This document shows positions 8,793 through 18,560 of a stretch of DNA of 64,000 bases, piece after piece. The stretch is taken from assembly GCA_965261595.1 (NCBI GenBank), contig CBDHDG010000002.1, positions 289,550-353,549 on the forward strand. The letters are read 5' to 3'. Below the pieces are notes generated by a model. The model saw only the letters and a list, made by a program, of their open reading frames with translations, had not been told where the DNA came from and ran no database searches. This DNA is from a bacterium. Its GTDB lineage: Bacteria > UBA8248 > JACPRG01 > G963555815. The position numbers and the translations under genes are program-made. The first letter of the stretch is position 1. Each line of letters opens with the position of its first letter.

Positions 8793-11072
8793 ATGGACAG
8801 TCTGCGGGTGGTCGGCAAGCCGATCCCTCAGATCAACGCACCCGAGAAGGTCCACGGGTCGGCCCGGTACGTGGGAGACCTGGAATTTCCACGGATGCTC
8901 CACGCCAAGCTCCTGCGAAGCCCCCACGCCCACGCGCGAATCCTGAGCGTCCGGACGGACCGGGCCTTGAGCGTGCCCGGTGTGGCGGCCGTCGCCACCT
9001 CGGAGGACACGCCGAAAAATCTCTGGGGGCCGGTCAAGAGCGACCAACAGATCCTGGCTGTAGGGAAGGTCCGGCATTTGGGGGAGGAGATCGCGGCGGT
9101 CGCGGCGAGCGACGAGGCCGCCGCCCAAGATGCCGTTGAGCGGATCGAGGTCGAGTATGAGGTTCTGGCGCCGGTGTTCGACGCCGAGGCGGCCCTGGCC
9201 CCCGGCGCCTCGGAGGTCCACGAGGGGACGGGGAACATCGCCCGGGAGATCCGCATCCGCCACGGGGACGTCGATCAAGGCTTCCGGGAATCGGCGGTCA
9301 TCCACGAGGAGACCTATACGACGCCTCACCAGTTCCAGACTTACATGGAGCCCCTGGGCGCCTTGGCCGACATCGACGCTCAGGGGCGCATCACGCTCTA
9401 TGTCCCCACCCAATCGATTTATTTCACCCGGCGGCTCATCGCGGGTGCCCTGAACCTGCCCTCGACGAAGATCCGGGTGATCCAGACGCACGTGGGCGGG
9501 GCCTTCGGCGGGAAGCTCGGCGAGGACCCCATCGGCCACATCGCCGCGGTTCTCGCTCAAAAGACCGGCCGTCCGGTCCGCCTCCTCAACAACCGGCTGG
9601 ACGAGTTTCAGGGGTCGAGGCCCCGGATGCCCGCGGCCGTTCACCTCAAGATGGGGGTCCGGGACGACGGGACGATCGCCGCCAAGGAGAGCCGGATCGT
9701 CGGGAACAACGGCGCCTATTCCGGTTTCTCCTACGAGGTGATCCAGGTGACGGCCACCCGGATGGACAACCTGTACCGCCAACAGAACCTCAAGACCGAC
9801 GCCCTTCTCGTTTACACCAACCTGATCCCCGCGGGCGCGTTCCGGGGATTCGGCAATCCCCAGATGTCCTTCGCCATGGAGTCCCATATGGACGTTCTGG
9901 CCGAGAAGCTGGGGATGGACCCCGCGGAGATCCGCTTCCGGAATGTGGTCCATCAAGGGGACACGAGCATCCACGGCTGGGAGATGGGGAGCTGCGGCAT
10001 CGAGGAGTGCATCGAGAAAGCGACCGCGGCGGTCGGATGGAAAGCGGCGCGCGCGGCCTCCGGGAACGGCGCCGTCCGGACCGGGATCGGTCTCGGGTGC
10101 GCCGTTCATTCGACCTCCAGCCGGCAGCTTTCCAACTGGGACGGCTCGACGGCGGTGGTCAAGGTCGACGACGACGGCAAGGTCCAGGTCGTTTGCGGCG
10201 AGGGGGACCTGGGGCAGGGCGCCCAGACGGTCATCGCACAGATCGCCGCCGAAGGGCTGGGCCTCGAGGTCGAGGACATCCGGGTCTCCGCGGCCGACAC
10301 CGAGAACACGCCGCTCTGCTTCGGGGGCTACGGCAGCCGGCTGACGCTGATGGCGGGCAACGCCGTGCAAAAGGCGGCCGAGTCCTGCGCGGAAAAGCTG
10401 CTCCACATCGCCGCCGACGAGCTGGAAGTCTCGCCGGGAGACCTGTCCCTCGGGGAAGGGGCGATCTTCGTCACGGCCGCCCCGGACAGGAGGATGGGCC
10501 TGGGCGAGGCCGTCGCGGCGAACCTGCTTCGCGCAGGTGGAGATATCGTTTACAGCCAGGCCACCTGGGACGCGCCGACGGTGATGCCCAACGAGGAGAA
10601 CCACTACGGCCGGTCGACCGTCGCCTGCTCCTTCGCGTGCGTGATTGTCGAAGTGGAGGTGGACACCGAGACCGGCCAGATCCTTTTGAAGCGCATCGTG
10701 GCCGCCGACGACCTGGGCCGGGCGATCAATCCGCTGACCGTCGAGGGCCAGGTGCAGGGCGAGCTTGCGCAGGGGATGGGTTACGCGATGTTCGAGAACG
10801 CCGTTCTGGACGGCGGCGGGTTCGCGGGGGGCAACCTAGCCGACTACACCGTGCCGAACGCGGGCTCGCTTCCGGAGATGACCTCGATCTTCGTCGAGTC
10901 GCTCGATCCCAACGGTCCTTTCGGCGCCAAGGGATGCTCGGAGTGCGCCCTCGTCCCCTGCGGCGCCGCCCTGGCGAACGCCGTCTATGACGCGGTGGGC
11001 GTGCGGCTGACCGCCCTGCCGATCCGGCCTGAGACCGTCTTGAAGGCCCTGTCTGAGGTTTCTCCCGTGTGA
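8793..11072 (+). CDS. Xanthine dehydrogenase-family molybdopterin-binding large subunit
   Basis: RSPHAHARI, VGGAFGGK, AFRGFGNPQ, DLGQG, GQVQG, GPFGAKGCSE. Confidence 0.93.
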   Translation: MDSLRVVGKPIPQINAPEKVHGSARYVGDLEFPRMLHAKLLRSPHAHARILSVRTDRALSVPGVAAVATSEDTPKNLWGPVKSDQQILAVGKVRHLGEEIAAVAASDEAAAQDAVERIEVEYEVLAPVFDAEAALAPGASEVHEGTGNIAREIRIRHGDVDQGFRESAVIHEETYTTPHQFQTYMEPLGALADIDAQGRITLYVPTQSIYFTRRLIAGALNLPSTKIRVIQTHVGGAFGGKLGEDPIGHIAAVLAQKTGRPVRLLNNRLDEFQGSRPRMPAAVHLKMGVRDDGTIAAKESRIVGNNGAYSGFSYEVIQVTATRMDNLYRQQNLKTDALLVYTNLIPAGAFRGFGNPQMSFAMESHMDVLAEKLGMDPAEIRFRNVVHQGDTSIHGWEMGSCGIEECIEKATAAVGWKAARAASGNGAVRTGIGLGCAVHSTSSRQLSNWDGSTAVVKVDDDGKVQVVCGEGDLGQGAQTVIAQIAAEGLGLEVEDIRVSAADTENTPLCFGGYGSRLTLMAGNAVQKAAESCAEKLLHIAADELEVSPGDLSLGEGAIFVTAAPDRRMGLGEAVAANLLRAGGDIVYSQATWDAPTVMPNEENHYGRSTVACSFACVIVEVEVDTETGQILLKRIVAADDLGRAINPLTVEGQVQGELAQGMGYAMFENAVLDGGGFAGGNLADYTVPNAGSLPEMTSIFVESLDPNGPFGAKGCSECALVPCGAALANAVYDAVGVRLTALPIRPETVLKALSEVSPV

Positions 11073-11151
11073 TGTCCCGGGTGGATTCCGCCCAAGGCGG
11101 GAGAACGGTCGATCCCATCATCCACGGTGGTCAGACCGAAAGAGGGAGGAC

Positions 11152-11997
11152 GTGATGCGTCAAGTCAGTCCGCATGTCTATATCGATCCGGACGACGGGG
11201 GTTGCACAGTCGGGGCCATCCGGACGTCCGAGGGGGTGGTTCTGGTCGATTCTCCCCACAAACCGACACGGGCGCTGCGGTGGCGGGATGAAGTCGAAAC
11301 ACTGGGCGGGGTCCGCTACCTGATCAACACCGAGCACCACATCGACCACACCTTCGGCAACGCCTTTCTCCCCGGCGTCGTTCTCGTCCATCAAGGGGTC
11401 CGGGAGAAATTCTGGGAGGACAACATTCTCGGCGGAACCCCGTTGAAGGACCCGCGTCCGTACGTCGAGAAGTGCGATCCGCGGGCCATGGATTTGGCCG
11501 ACGAATATCAGGCCCGGGGACCGGAACTCTCTTTTGACGGCCGCCTGACGTTGTTCCTGGGGGACGTGACCATCGACCTCTTCGCGCTGCCCGGCCACAT
11601 CGCGGCGGAGACCGCCGTCTATGTCCGGGAAGACCGGACGCTTTTTACGAGCGACAATGTCTTTCATGACACGATGACTTGGTATCATGAGGCCCTCCCG
11701 TTCGAATGGCTTGAGTCGCTGGATTCGTTCAAGAAGATGGACGTTGAGGTGGTCGTGCCGGGGCACGGAATCGAAGCGGGCCCTGCGGTATTCGATGAGA
11801 TGAGGCAGGTTGTGGAAGACGCCATCCGGGAAGTGCGCTCGGCCATTCAGTCCGGGATAAGCCGGGAGGAGGCGGCCGAGAACATCACGTTCATCGACCG
11901 CCAGCCGGTTCCGGAAGAACATCGGCCGTACGCGCCCATGCTTCAGCGGATCTTTGTCGGGCGGATCTATGACGCGATTCAGGCGCGGGTCTCGTAA
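11152..11997 (+). CDS. MBL-fold metallo-hydrolase
   Basis: INTEHHIDHTFGN (ExHxDH variant), PGH, SD, VPGHG. Confidence 0.87.
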   Translation: MMRQVSPHVYIDPDDGGCTVGAIRTSEGVVLVDSPHKPTRALRWRDEVETLGGVRYLINTEHHIDHTFGNAFLPGVVLVHQGVREKFWEDNILGGTPLKDPRPYVEKCDPRAMDLADEYQARGPELSFDGRLTLFLGDVTIDLFALPGHIAAETAVYVREDRTLFTSDNVFHDTMTWYHEALPFEWLESLDSFKKMDVEVVVPGHGIEAGPAVFDEMRQVVEDAIREVRSAIQSGISREEAAENITFIDRQPVPEEHRPYAPMLQRIFVGRIYDAIQARVS

Positions 11998-12355
11998 CCC
12001 GAATTTCTCAAAGCGATTTCGCGGCGGAAATGTTCGTTGCCCGTAGCCGCGTCAATCGGATGTAGGCATGCCGCGCCCTTGCCGGGGCCGGCGGGCGCGT
12101 GAAAAATCCCCTCCTCCCTCTCCCCCCCCCCCCCCCAAACCCCCGAAAATCCCGGGTCACGGAATCCGGCGAGAACCGAACGGTCGCCTGAGAGGGCCAA
12201 GGATAGCTGAGATCCGCGCCGAAACAACGGAAACGGGAGTCGAAGCTCCTCGCCCTCATGGAAGTCCCGGACTGAGGTATACTGATTTCAGTTCAACCCG
12301 TGTCCCGGCGCTCGGTCCAAGAGACGGGACGGGATCGATGGAAAGGTCGGGATCC

Positions 12356-13717
12356 ATGGAACAACTCAAGGTCGTCCATTTCCTGAACCACTTCTTCGCC
12401 GGCGTCGGCGGCGAGGAGAAGACGGACGCGCCGGTCGAAGTCCGGCCGGGGGCCGTGGGACCCGGCGCGCCGCTGGAGGCCCATTGGGAGGGAAAAGCCC
12501 GGATCGTCGCGACGGTTTTTTGCGGCGATAACCACTTCCAGCGACACGCCGAGGAGGTCGCCGCGCGCGTGGCCGAGGTGGTTCGTGAAGAGGGGGCCGG
12601 GCTCCTGGTGGCCGGGCCGGCGTTCGACGCGGGCCGATACGGATTCGCCTGCGCGACGGTGTGCGCCCGGGCGGCGGATGCGGCCGGGGTGGCGGCGGTG
12701 ACCGGGATGTTCCCCGAAAACCCGGGGGTGGAGGTCTACCGCGCCCGGAAGCCCGAACGGATGTACGTCGTGCCGACGGCGAAGACGGTCCGGGGCATGG
12801 CCGAGGCCCTGTCGCGGATGGCCCGACTCGCCCTGCGCGCCGCCTCGGGAGAGCCGATCGGGTTCCCCGAGGAGGAGGGGGAGGCGTATCTGCCGCGGGG
12901 TGTGCGGGTTTCCGTCCTGACGGAGAAGACGGGCGCCCGCCGCGTCGTCGAGATGGTGGTCGCCAAGGTCCAGGGGCTCGAGGTCCGCACCGAGGTCCCG
13001 CTGGGGGCGTACCCGGTTGTCCCGCCCGCCCCGCCGCTGAAGCGCCTGGCCGGAAGCCGCATCGCCCTGGTGACCAGCAGCGGGGTCGTCCCGAAGGGCA
13101 ATCCCGACCGGTTCAAGACGCACGTGAACGATCGCTGGGCCAAATACCCCATCGACGGAATGGAACGCCTGGAAACCGGCGTTTGGGAGACGGTCCACGG
13201 CGGTTACAACACCGAGTTCATGACCCGGAATCCCCATTTCGGCGTCCCGCTGGACGCCCTGCGGGCGTTGGAGCGGGAGGGCGTGTTCGGCTCGCTCCTT
13301 CCCCACTATTATGTCGTTCCGGGAAACCAGGTGCAGGTCAGCGACGCCCACCGAATGGCCGCCGAGATGGCGAAAGAGATGCGGGAGGACGGGGTGGAGG
13401 GCGTGCTCCAGGTCGCCACGTGAGGAACGTGCACTCGATGCGGGTCATCGATGAGCAAGGAATTCGACAGGGCGCAAATTCCCGCGGTCCTGATCACGGC
13501 CATGGCCCCCATGGCGAAGATGTTGAGCGCGAACCGGATTGTCCTGGGTTTGGCGATCCCCTATCCGTGCGGCGATCCGAGCCTGCCGGAGGCGGAGGAT
13601 TTTCGCTTGCGCAAGGCCCTGGTCCATGACGCGCTGAAGGTCCTGGAGACCGAAGTCCAGGGACCCACGATCTTCGAGCCGGAGGTCCTGAAGACAATTT
13701 CTTCGATCACGTATTAG
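12356..13717 (+). CDS. grdB: Glycine/sarcosine/betaine reductase selenoprotein B-family subunit (Sec at TGA 13421-13423)
   Basis: ORFs 12068..13423 and 13451..13717 share a frame. Read-through gives LQVAT-U-GTCTRCG (UxxCxxC). Also NHFFAGVGGEEK, GPAFDAGRYG, HGGY and IPYPCGDP; 453 aa when joined. Confidence 0.9.
13424..13456 (+). promoter_or_regulatory. Bacterial SECIS-like hairpin immediately 3' of the UGA
   Basis: Stem TCGATG (13435-40)/CATCGA (13446-51) with G-containing loop CGGGT starting 18 nt after the UGA. Confidence 0.7.
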
Positions 13718-13760
13718 TCTCGTAGGTTTTTCATATCGAGACCCGAATAGTCCCTTTCGG

Positions 13761-13784
13761 GCCGGGCAAGATGCCCGGCCTACC
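13761..13784 (-). repeat. GTAG-type REP-like palindrome
   Basis: Reverse complement GGTAG-GCCGGGCATCTTGCCCGGC; one mismatch to the copy at 47047-47070. Confidence 0.7.
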
Positions 13785-14004
13785 GGACGGTGAAACCCGG
13801 TGTTTTCAAAACAGGTAGGGAGGGCGTTTGGGTCGGTTGACCCCTTGCCCGCCTTCTCTGCAATTTGTGAAGTGTCAATTTATTTTGGAGGCGCTACACT
13901 TAGGAAGCGGTCGGCCATGAGCTTTTAGCCGTCAGGCGCCCACAGGGGCCTTGCGGGGACGATGGACGGCCGCCGGTCCGGAAGGGGAAGGAGGAGACAG
14001 GGCG

Positions 14005-15303
14005 GTGAGGTTGGAGATGGGCGTGTTCCCGGTCCGGGAGATCGTCCTGGGCCGGAGCACCGGATATGCCGAAGGCAGGCTGACGGTGGATGTGGACGAA
14101 ATCACGCGGTTGGTCCGGGAGAGCCCGCAGATAACAGATGCGGCGTGCGAGGTGGTGGTCCCCGGGGAATCCGTGCGGGTGCCTTACGTCCTGGATGCCG
14201 TGGAGCCGCGCGTCAAGGTGAGCGGTCCGGGGTGCGTCTTCCCCGGCATCCTGGGCGGGGTGGAGACGGTGGGTTCGGGGCGCACCCACCGCCTGGACGG
14301 GATGGCCGTCGTGGCCTCGGGCGAGATCCCCCTTCCCACCCTGGGCACGGGGGCGAGCCGTGGGGCGTTTTTGGACATGGCGGCGCCGGGCAACCTCGGA
14401 CCCCTGAGCCATACCCTGAATCTCGTGCTCCTTTTAGAGTTCGCCCCCGGCCACGGGGAGCTGGACTACCACGCCGCCGTCCAGATGGCCGAGATGCGGG
14501 TCGGGCGTCATCTGGCGGAGGCCACGGCCGGCCTCACCCCCGCCGAGACGGCGACCTACGACATCGAAGAGGTGGACCCGGCGCTCCCCAAGGTCGTGCT
14601 CATCCAGGGGGTCGTCACCGTGGCCCACGAGCCCCACCCCTGGTACGCCTTCTACGGCCAGCCGATCCGCGCCGTCTTTCCGTTCTTTGTCCACCCCAAC
14701 GAGTTGCTGGACGGGGCCTTCACGGTCCGGGCCACGGGGATCTCGGGGCACTCGCCGTCCACCTGGGAGTGGGGGAACCACTCGGTGGTGGAGGAGCTTT
14801 ACCGGGCCCACGGGCGCGAGTTGAACTTCCTCGGCATCGTCGTGCACCGCATCGGGTTCGATACCCACGGGGCCAAGCAGATGGCGGCGAATCAGGCGGC
14901 CAAGCTGGCCCGGCGGCTCGGCGCCGACGGCGCCATCGTGGCCTGGCTCGCCGCCGGCAATGCCTTCATCGACACCATGCTGTCCGTTCAGGCCTGCGAG
15001 CGGGCGGGGATCCGTACGGTCCTTCTGACCTACGAGCAGCCGGGCGTCCGGGGGGTGGACCCGTCATTCATCTTCTCCGTGCCTGAAGCCGACGCCATCG
15101 TGAGCACCGGGAACAAGAACGTGGCCCTGTGCACGGCCCCCGTCGAGCGGGTGGCGGGGGGCCGAGAGACCCTGCACTGGGACTTCGCCGCCACCGCCCC
15201 CGAGGCGCCGGCCGGGGAGGCCATCCAGGTGGACGATCTCTTCCGGGTCCTGGGCGGCGTGGACACCTGGGGATGGGGCCGGGTCACGTGCCGGGAGCGT
15301 TGA
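14005..15303 (+). CDS. Glycine/sarcosine/betaine reductase component B proprotein family (GrdE/GrdG/GrdI-like)
   Basis: MRLEMG N-terminus, PGESVRV, DAVEPRVK, VGSGRTHRL, HPNELLDGA, ELYRAHGRELNFLG, EADAIVSTGN; start GTG 14005 after GGAGGAG. Confidence 0.85.
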   Translation: MRLEMGVFPVREIVLGRSTGYAEGRLTVDVDEITRLVRESPQITDAACEVVVPGESVRVPYVLDAVEPRVKVSGPGCVFPGILGGVETVGSGRTHRLDGMAVVASGEIPLPTLGTGASRGAFLDMAAPGNLGPLSHTLNLVLLLEFAPGHGELDYHAAVQMAEMRVGRHLAEATAGLTPAETATYDIEEVDPALPKVVLIQGVVTVAHEPHPWYAFYGQPIRAVFPFFVHPNELLDGAFTVRATGISGHSPSTWEWGNHSVVEELYRAHGRELNFLGIVVHRIGFDTHGAKQMAANQAAKLARRLGADGAIVAWLAAGNAFIDTMLSVQACERAGIRTVLLTYEQPGVRGVDPSFIFSVPEADAIVSTGNKNVALCTAPVERVAGGRETLHWDFAATAPEAPAGEAIQVDDLFRVLGGVDTWGWGRVTCRER

Positions 15304-15532
15304 TGCCTGGCCGGCATGCGAACCCTCGGCCGGAAGGGGGGAGGGGGGGGGGAGGGGAGAGGGGGGACGATTCGGACCTCGAACCGAAAAACCGTTCCCC
15401 CGAGCCGACGCCCGTTCTTTATCAGGTTGCGGAAAAACACCTGATCCGTGGACCGCCACAACGGATTTCCAGATCGCCCCGCTGTCGGATTTGTCTGACT
15501 GAGCCTGCCGGAGCAAGGCTCAAAATCCCGGA

Positions 15533-16024
15533 TCACAATCCCGTGGCATTCCAGTCCGATGCGGGCGCTTCGGGCGCGGGGGTGCACCCCGCGGTCTTGA
15601 CGCCGGTGATGGCGCAGTACTCATCCTTGTCCGAGGAGTCGCCGCTGATGCCGACCGCGCCCACCACATTGCCGGAGGCGTTACATATCAGAACGCCGCT
15701 GGGAACGGGGATGAAGCGGCCGGCGGACGCCGCCGCCAGCGCGCCCTGAAACGCCGGACGGTCCTTGAGGCGGTCTCTGATGGCGCGGCTGGGCATGCCC
15801 ATTCCCAGGGAGGCCCAGGCCTTGCCGACGGCGATGTCCACGCGCAGGATGCCCGATCCGTCCTCCCGCTTGAGGGCGATAAGGTTCCCCCCGGCGTCGA
15901 GCACCGCCACCGTCAGAGGCAAAAGCCCCGCTTCCCGTCCCGCCGCCAACGCGGCGTCGATGATGGAGGAGGCGGATTCCAGCGGGAGGCCCGTCTGAAT
16001 GTTCGTCAATTCACGCTCGGACAT
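15533..16024 (-). CDS. GlcG/HbpS-family heme-binding protein
   Basis: VAVLDAGGNLIALKREDG, AVGKAW, VGAVGISG, DEYCA. Confidence 0.88.
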   Translation of the reverse strand: MSERELTNIQTGLPLESASSIIDAALAAGREAGLLPLTVAVLDAGGNLIALKREDGSGILRVDIAVGKAWASLGMGMPSRAIRDRLKDRPAFQGALAAASAGRFIPVPSGVLICNASGNVVGAVGISGDSSDKDEYCAITGVKTAGCTPAPEAPASDWNATGL

Positions 16025-16211
16025 GTCAAGGCTTCTCCTTCCAGTCCAGAAGTTGGTGAGAAATCCCGGCTATTGAGGATGGCATAAATCATGTCCTGCA
16101 CAGAACGGCTCACGAAAATATCCGGAAGATTTCCCGACACTTCTCGCCGGACACAGATAGGCCATTAATAAAACAAGGCTCGATAACTTTCTGGAAGGAA
16201 AGGAGGGGAAT

Positions 16212-17126
16212 TCACATCAGACCCAGGAGGCGGGCCGCGTTATTCCCGAGAATCTTTGCGATCGCTTCCCGGGGGATCTCCGGCAAATCGAGCCGCTTCG
16301 CGACCTGGTTGATCTGTTCGTAAGTCGCCATGAAATTCTTCGGTATGCAAAGGCGGTACTCACTGCCGTATAACACCCGGTCCAGTCCCACGAGGTCCTG
16401 ACACATCAAAAGCGCCCGGAGGAGCGTCTCGGGGGGGAGGGTGCACCAGTAGGCCATCTCCGCATAGAAATTCGGATGCTTGGCGACCAGGCACACCCCT
16501 TCCTCCCACCAGGGCCATCCGGTGTGGGCGACAATCACTTTGAGATCGGGGTAGCGGATGCCCACCGGGTCCAGCAGGTGAGGGGGTTGGAATTTCATCG
16601 GGGCGTTCACGCTCGGCGTCCAGCCCATGTGGAACTGGACGTAGATGCCGTACGCGATGGCCCGCTCATACAGCGGATACAGGGTCGGGTCGCCGGGATC
16701 GAAGTGGTTGTACGTGGGCATGAGCTTCAGGGCCTTCATGCCCAGTTCGTTGATGCAGCGGTCGAGCTCGTCCAGGGCTTCGCTGATGCCGCGCATGGGG
16801 TCGATGCCCGCCACGGCGATGAACTTGTCCGGATGCTTTCGGGCGAGGCCCGCGACGTAATCGTTGGGGACGTGGGGGTTCGGCTTTTCGGGATGGGGGG
16901 AGGTGCGCCGGAAGTCGTAGGCCATGATGCACGCAAAGTCCAGCCCGGCTTCCTCCATGTCGCGCAGCAGCGTTTCGGGGCTGACCGGCTCCCGGGTGGC
17001 GGGCCGCTCCCGGCGGGTTCCGTCCGGGTCGTACGTATACTTCCAGGGGCGATAAAGCTCCCGCCCCCACCAGAGCGGGATGTGATTCGGGACCTCCCCG
17101 ACGTGAACATGAACATCGATTCGCAA
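16212..17126 (-). CDS. Amidohydrolase_2 family protein
   Basis: IDVHVH, LYPLYE, FHMG, YPDLKVIVAHTGWPW, HPNFY, RVLYGSEY; TTG start. Confidence 0.88.
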   Translation of the reverse strand: MRIDVHVHVGEVPNHIPLWWGRELYRPWKYTYDPDGTRRERPATREPVSPETLLRDMEEAGLDFACIMAYDFRRTSPHPEKPNPHVPNDYVAGLARKHPDKFIAVAGIDPMRGISEALDELDRCINELGMKALKLMPTYNHFDPGDPTLYPLYERAIAYGIYVQFHMGWTPSVNAPMKFQPPHLLDPVGIRYPDLKVIVAHTGWPWWEEGVCLVAKHPNFYAEMAYWCTLPPETLLRALLMCQDLVGLDRVLYGSEYRLCIPKNFMATYEQINQVAKRLDLPEIPREAIAKILGNNAARLLGLM

Positions 17127-17359
17127 CGAAATCCCTCTCCGTAGGCGCGCCTTGATCCCGCCGTGAAATGAAGCGCGGTTGGCCGCGGCCGACCTCCGGT
17201 GTCCTTCGGTTCCTTAGCGGGTTGGGGAAATATGATTTTCGAGCTTGAGCGGATTTCTCACGCGTGTCGGGCGACTCCTGTTTGGAACGACGGCTTGGGG
17301 GGGGGGAGCCTCCGGATGAGTCGTTCGCCCGCGTGTTTCAGCTTCCTGTTCGAAAATGC

Positions 17360-18085
17360 TTATGCGGTTTCGAACCGCGCCGGCTCCTGAATCCCGCGCC
17401 GCGCATACCACTCCGCGACCAGATCCTCGGAGTCGACCACCACCCCGGTGTGCAGCGAGATCAGGAAAAGCGCCGCCTCTTCCGCCTCCTCCGAATAGCC
17501 CGCCGTGACATCCTGCGGGACGACGACCCGGAACATCCGGTTGGCCGCGTCGAACGCCGTGCACAAATCACAGCAATCCGTGTAGGCCCCGATGATGACC
17601 ACCGTCTTCTTGTCCAGGTTTCGGAGGAGGTATTCGAGGTCGGTCGGGTAGAAGGCGCTCAGCCGCTTTTTCGTCCGGACGTAATAGTCGCCGGGCGCCT
17701 CCTCGATGCTGAGATCGACCCATTTGGTCCCCTCCAAGCTGTGGTTCTTCTGGTTCTCATTGGGGCCGATGTAGGCCTCATACAAGGACCGCCAGTTGGA
17801 TGGGCTGATCCCGTTCACATCGTCGATCCCGTCGGCCCGCAGCCAGAGCTGGACGTGAATCATGGGAACGCCGCACTGGCGCGCCGCCCGGGCGAACCAG
17901 TTGTGCCGCTCGATGATGGCCTGCCCCCGCGGAGCGGGACAGGTGACATCGGGCTCATCTCCAAGATGCCCCCGATGCATGTCGATGCTCACGACGGCGC
18001 ATTGGGAAGGGTCCACCCAGTCGGAAAACACTTCCGGCATGTCCCGTTTTTTCTTGAGGAAATAGCACTTCATTGGAGTCATCAT
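17360..18085 (-). CDS. Isochorismatase-family cysteine hydrolase
   Basis: Asp-Lys-Cys triad: SIDMH, KKRLSAFYPTDL, YTDCC; ATG 18085 after GGGGGA. Confidence 0.88.
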   Translation of the reverse strand: MMTPMKCYFLKKKRDMPEVFSDWVDPSQCAVVSIDMHRGHLGDEPDVTCPAPRGQAIIERHNWFARAARQCGVPMIHVQLWLRADGIDDVNGISPSNWRSLYEAYIGPNENQKNHSLEGTKWVDLSIEEAPGDYYVRTKKRLSAFYPTDLEYLLRNLDKKTVVIIGAYTDCCDLCTAFDAANRMFRVVVPQDVTAGYSEEAEEAALFLISLHTGVVVDSEDLVAEWYARRGIQEPARFETA

Positions 18086-18440
18086 GGTTTCGTCCCCCTG
18101 CACTGTTGCCTGAAATGATTGGGTCCCAGGACCCCATGAAGGCTTGTCGGCTTTCAGGAAGAAAAGGCCCGCTTGGTTCACTCAAATGGAAACCCGGCGC
18201 CTCGCGCTTCAAAACCGTTGTCCACCCTTGCGGAATCCACGCAAGCTACCACAGGCCCATTCGGATTCCAAACCCGGTCGTGAGCCGATCGCGGCTCCGG
18301 CCGGCCTCGCTGCAACCCGGCCTCAAACGTCATAACGGACGGCTTTTTCGCGCTTGGCTGACCGCCTCTCTCCGGCTTCTCGTGGTTGAATTGGAGAGAA
18401 TTAACCGAATCGAAATGAAACGCTTGATACGGGATGCCTC

Positions 18441-18560
18441 ATGACGGCCACGACGAAAACCGCCGATTTGCTGATTGAGGGTGCAACCGTCATGACGATG
18501 GACGTCGAGCGACGGATCTTTTCCGATGGCACCGTCGCCATCGGCGGAGGCCGCATTGGT
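18441..18560 (+). pseudogene. N-terminal fragment of an MTA/SAH-deaminase-like amidohydrolase
   Basis: ADLLIEGATVMTMDVERRIFSDGTVAIGGGRI resembles the N-terminus of 42274..43677 (VDLLITDADHLVTMDKKRRVIRDGSVAVQGGRI); similarity ends after ~40 codons. Confidence 0.65.

Noticed and set aside
8331..10604. 757-aa minus-strand ORF, and similar long antisense ORFs at 25029..27236, 44679..46949, 57251..59647 and 61522..63336
   Set aside because: They lie opposite well-supported genes and have no recognisable domains.
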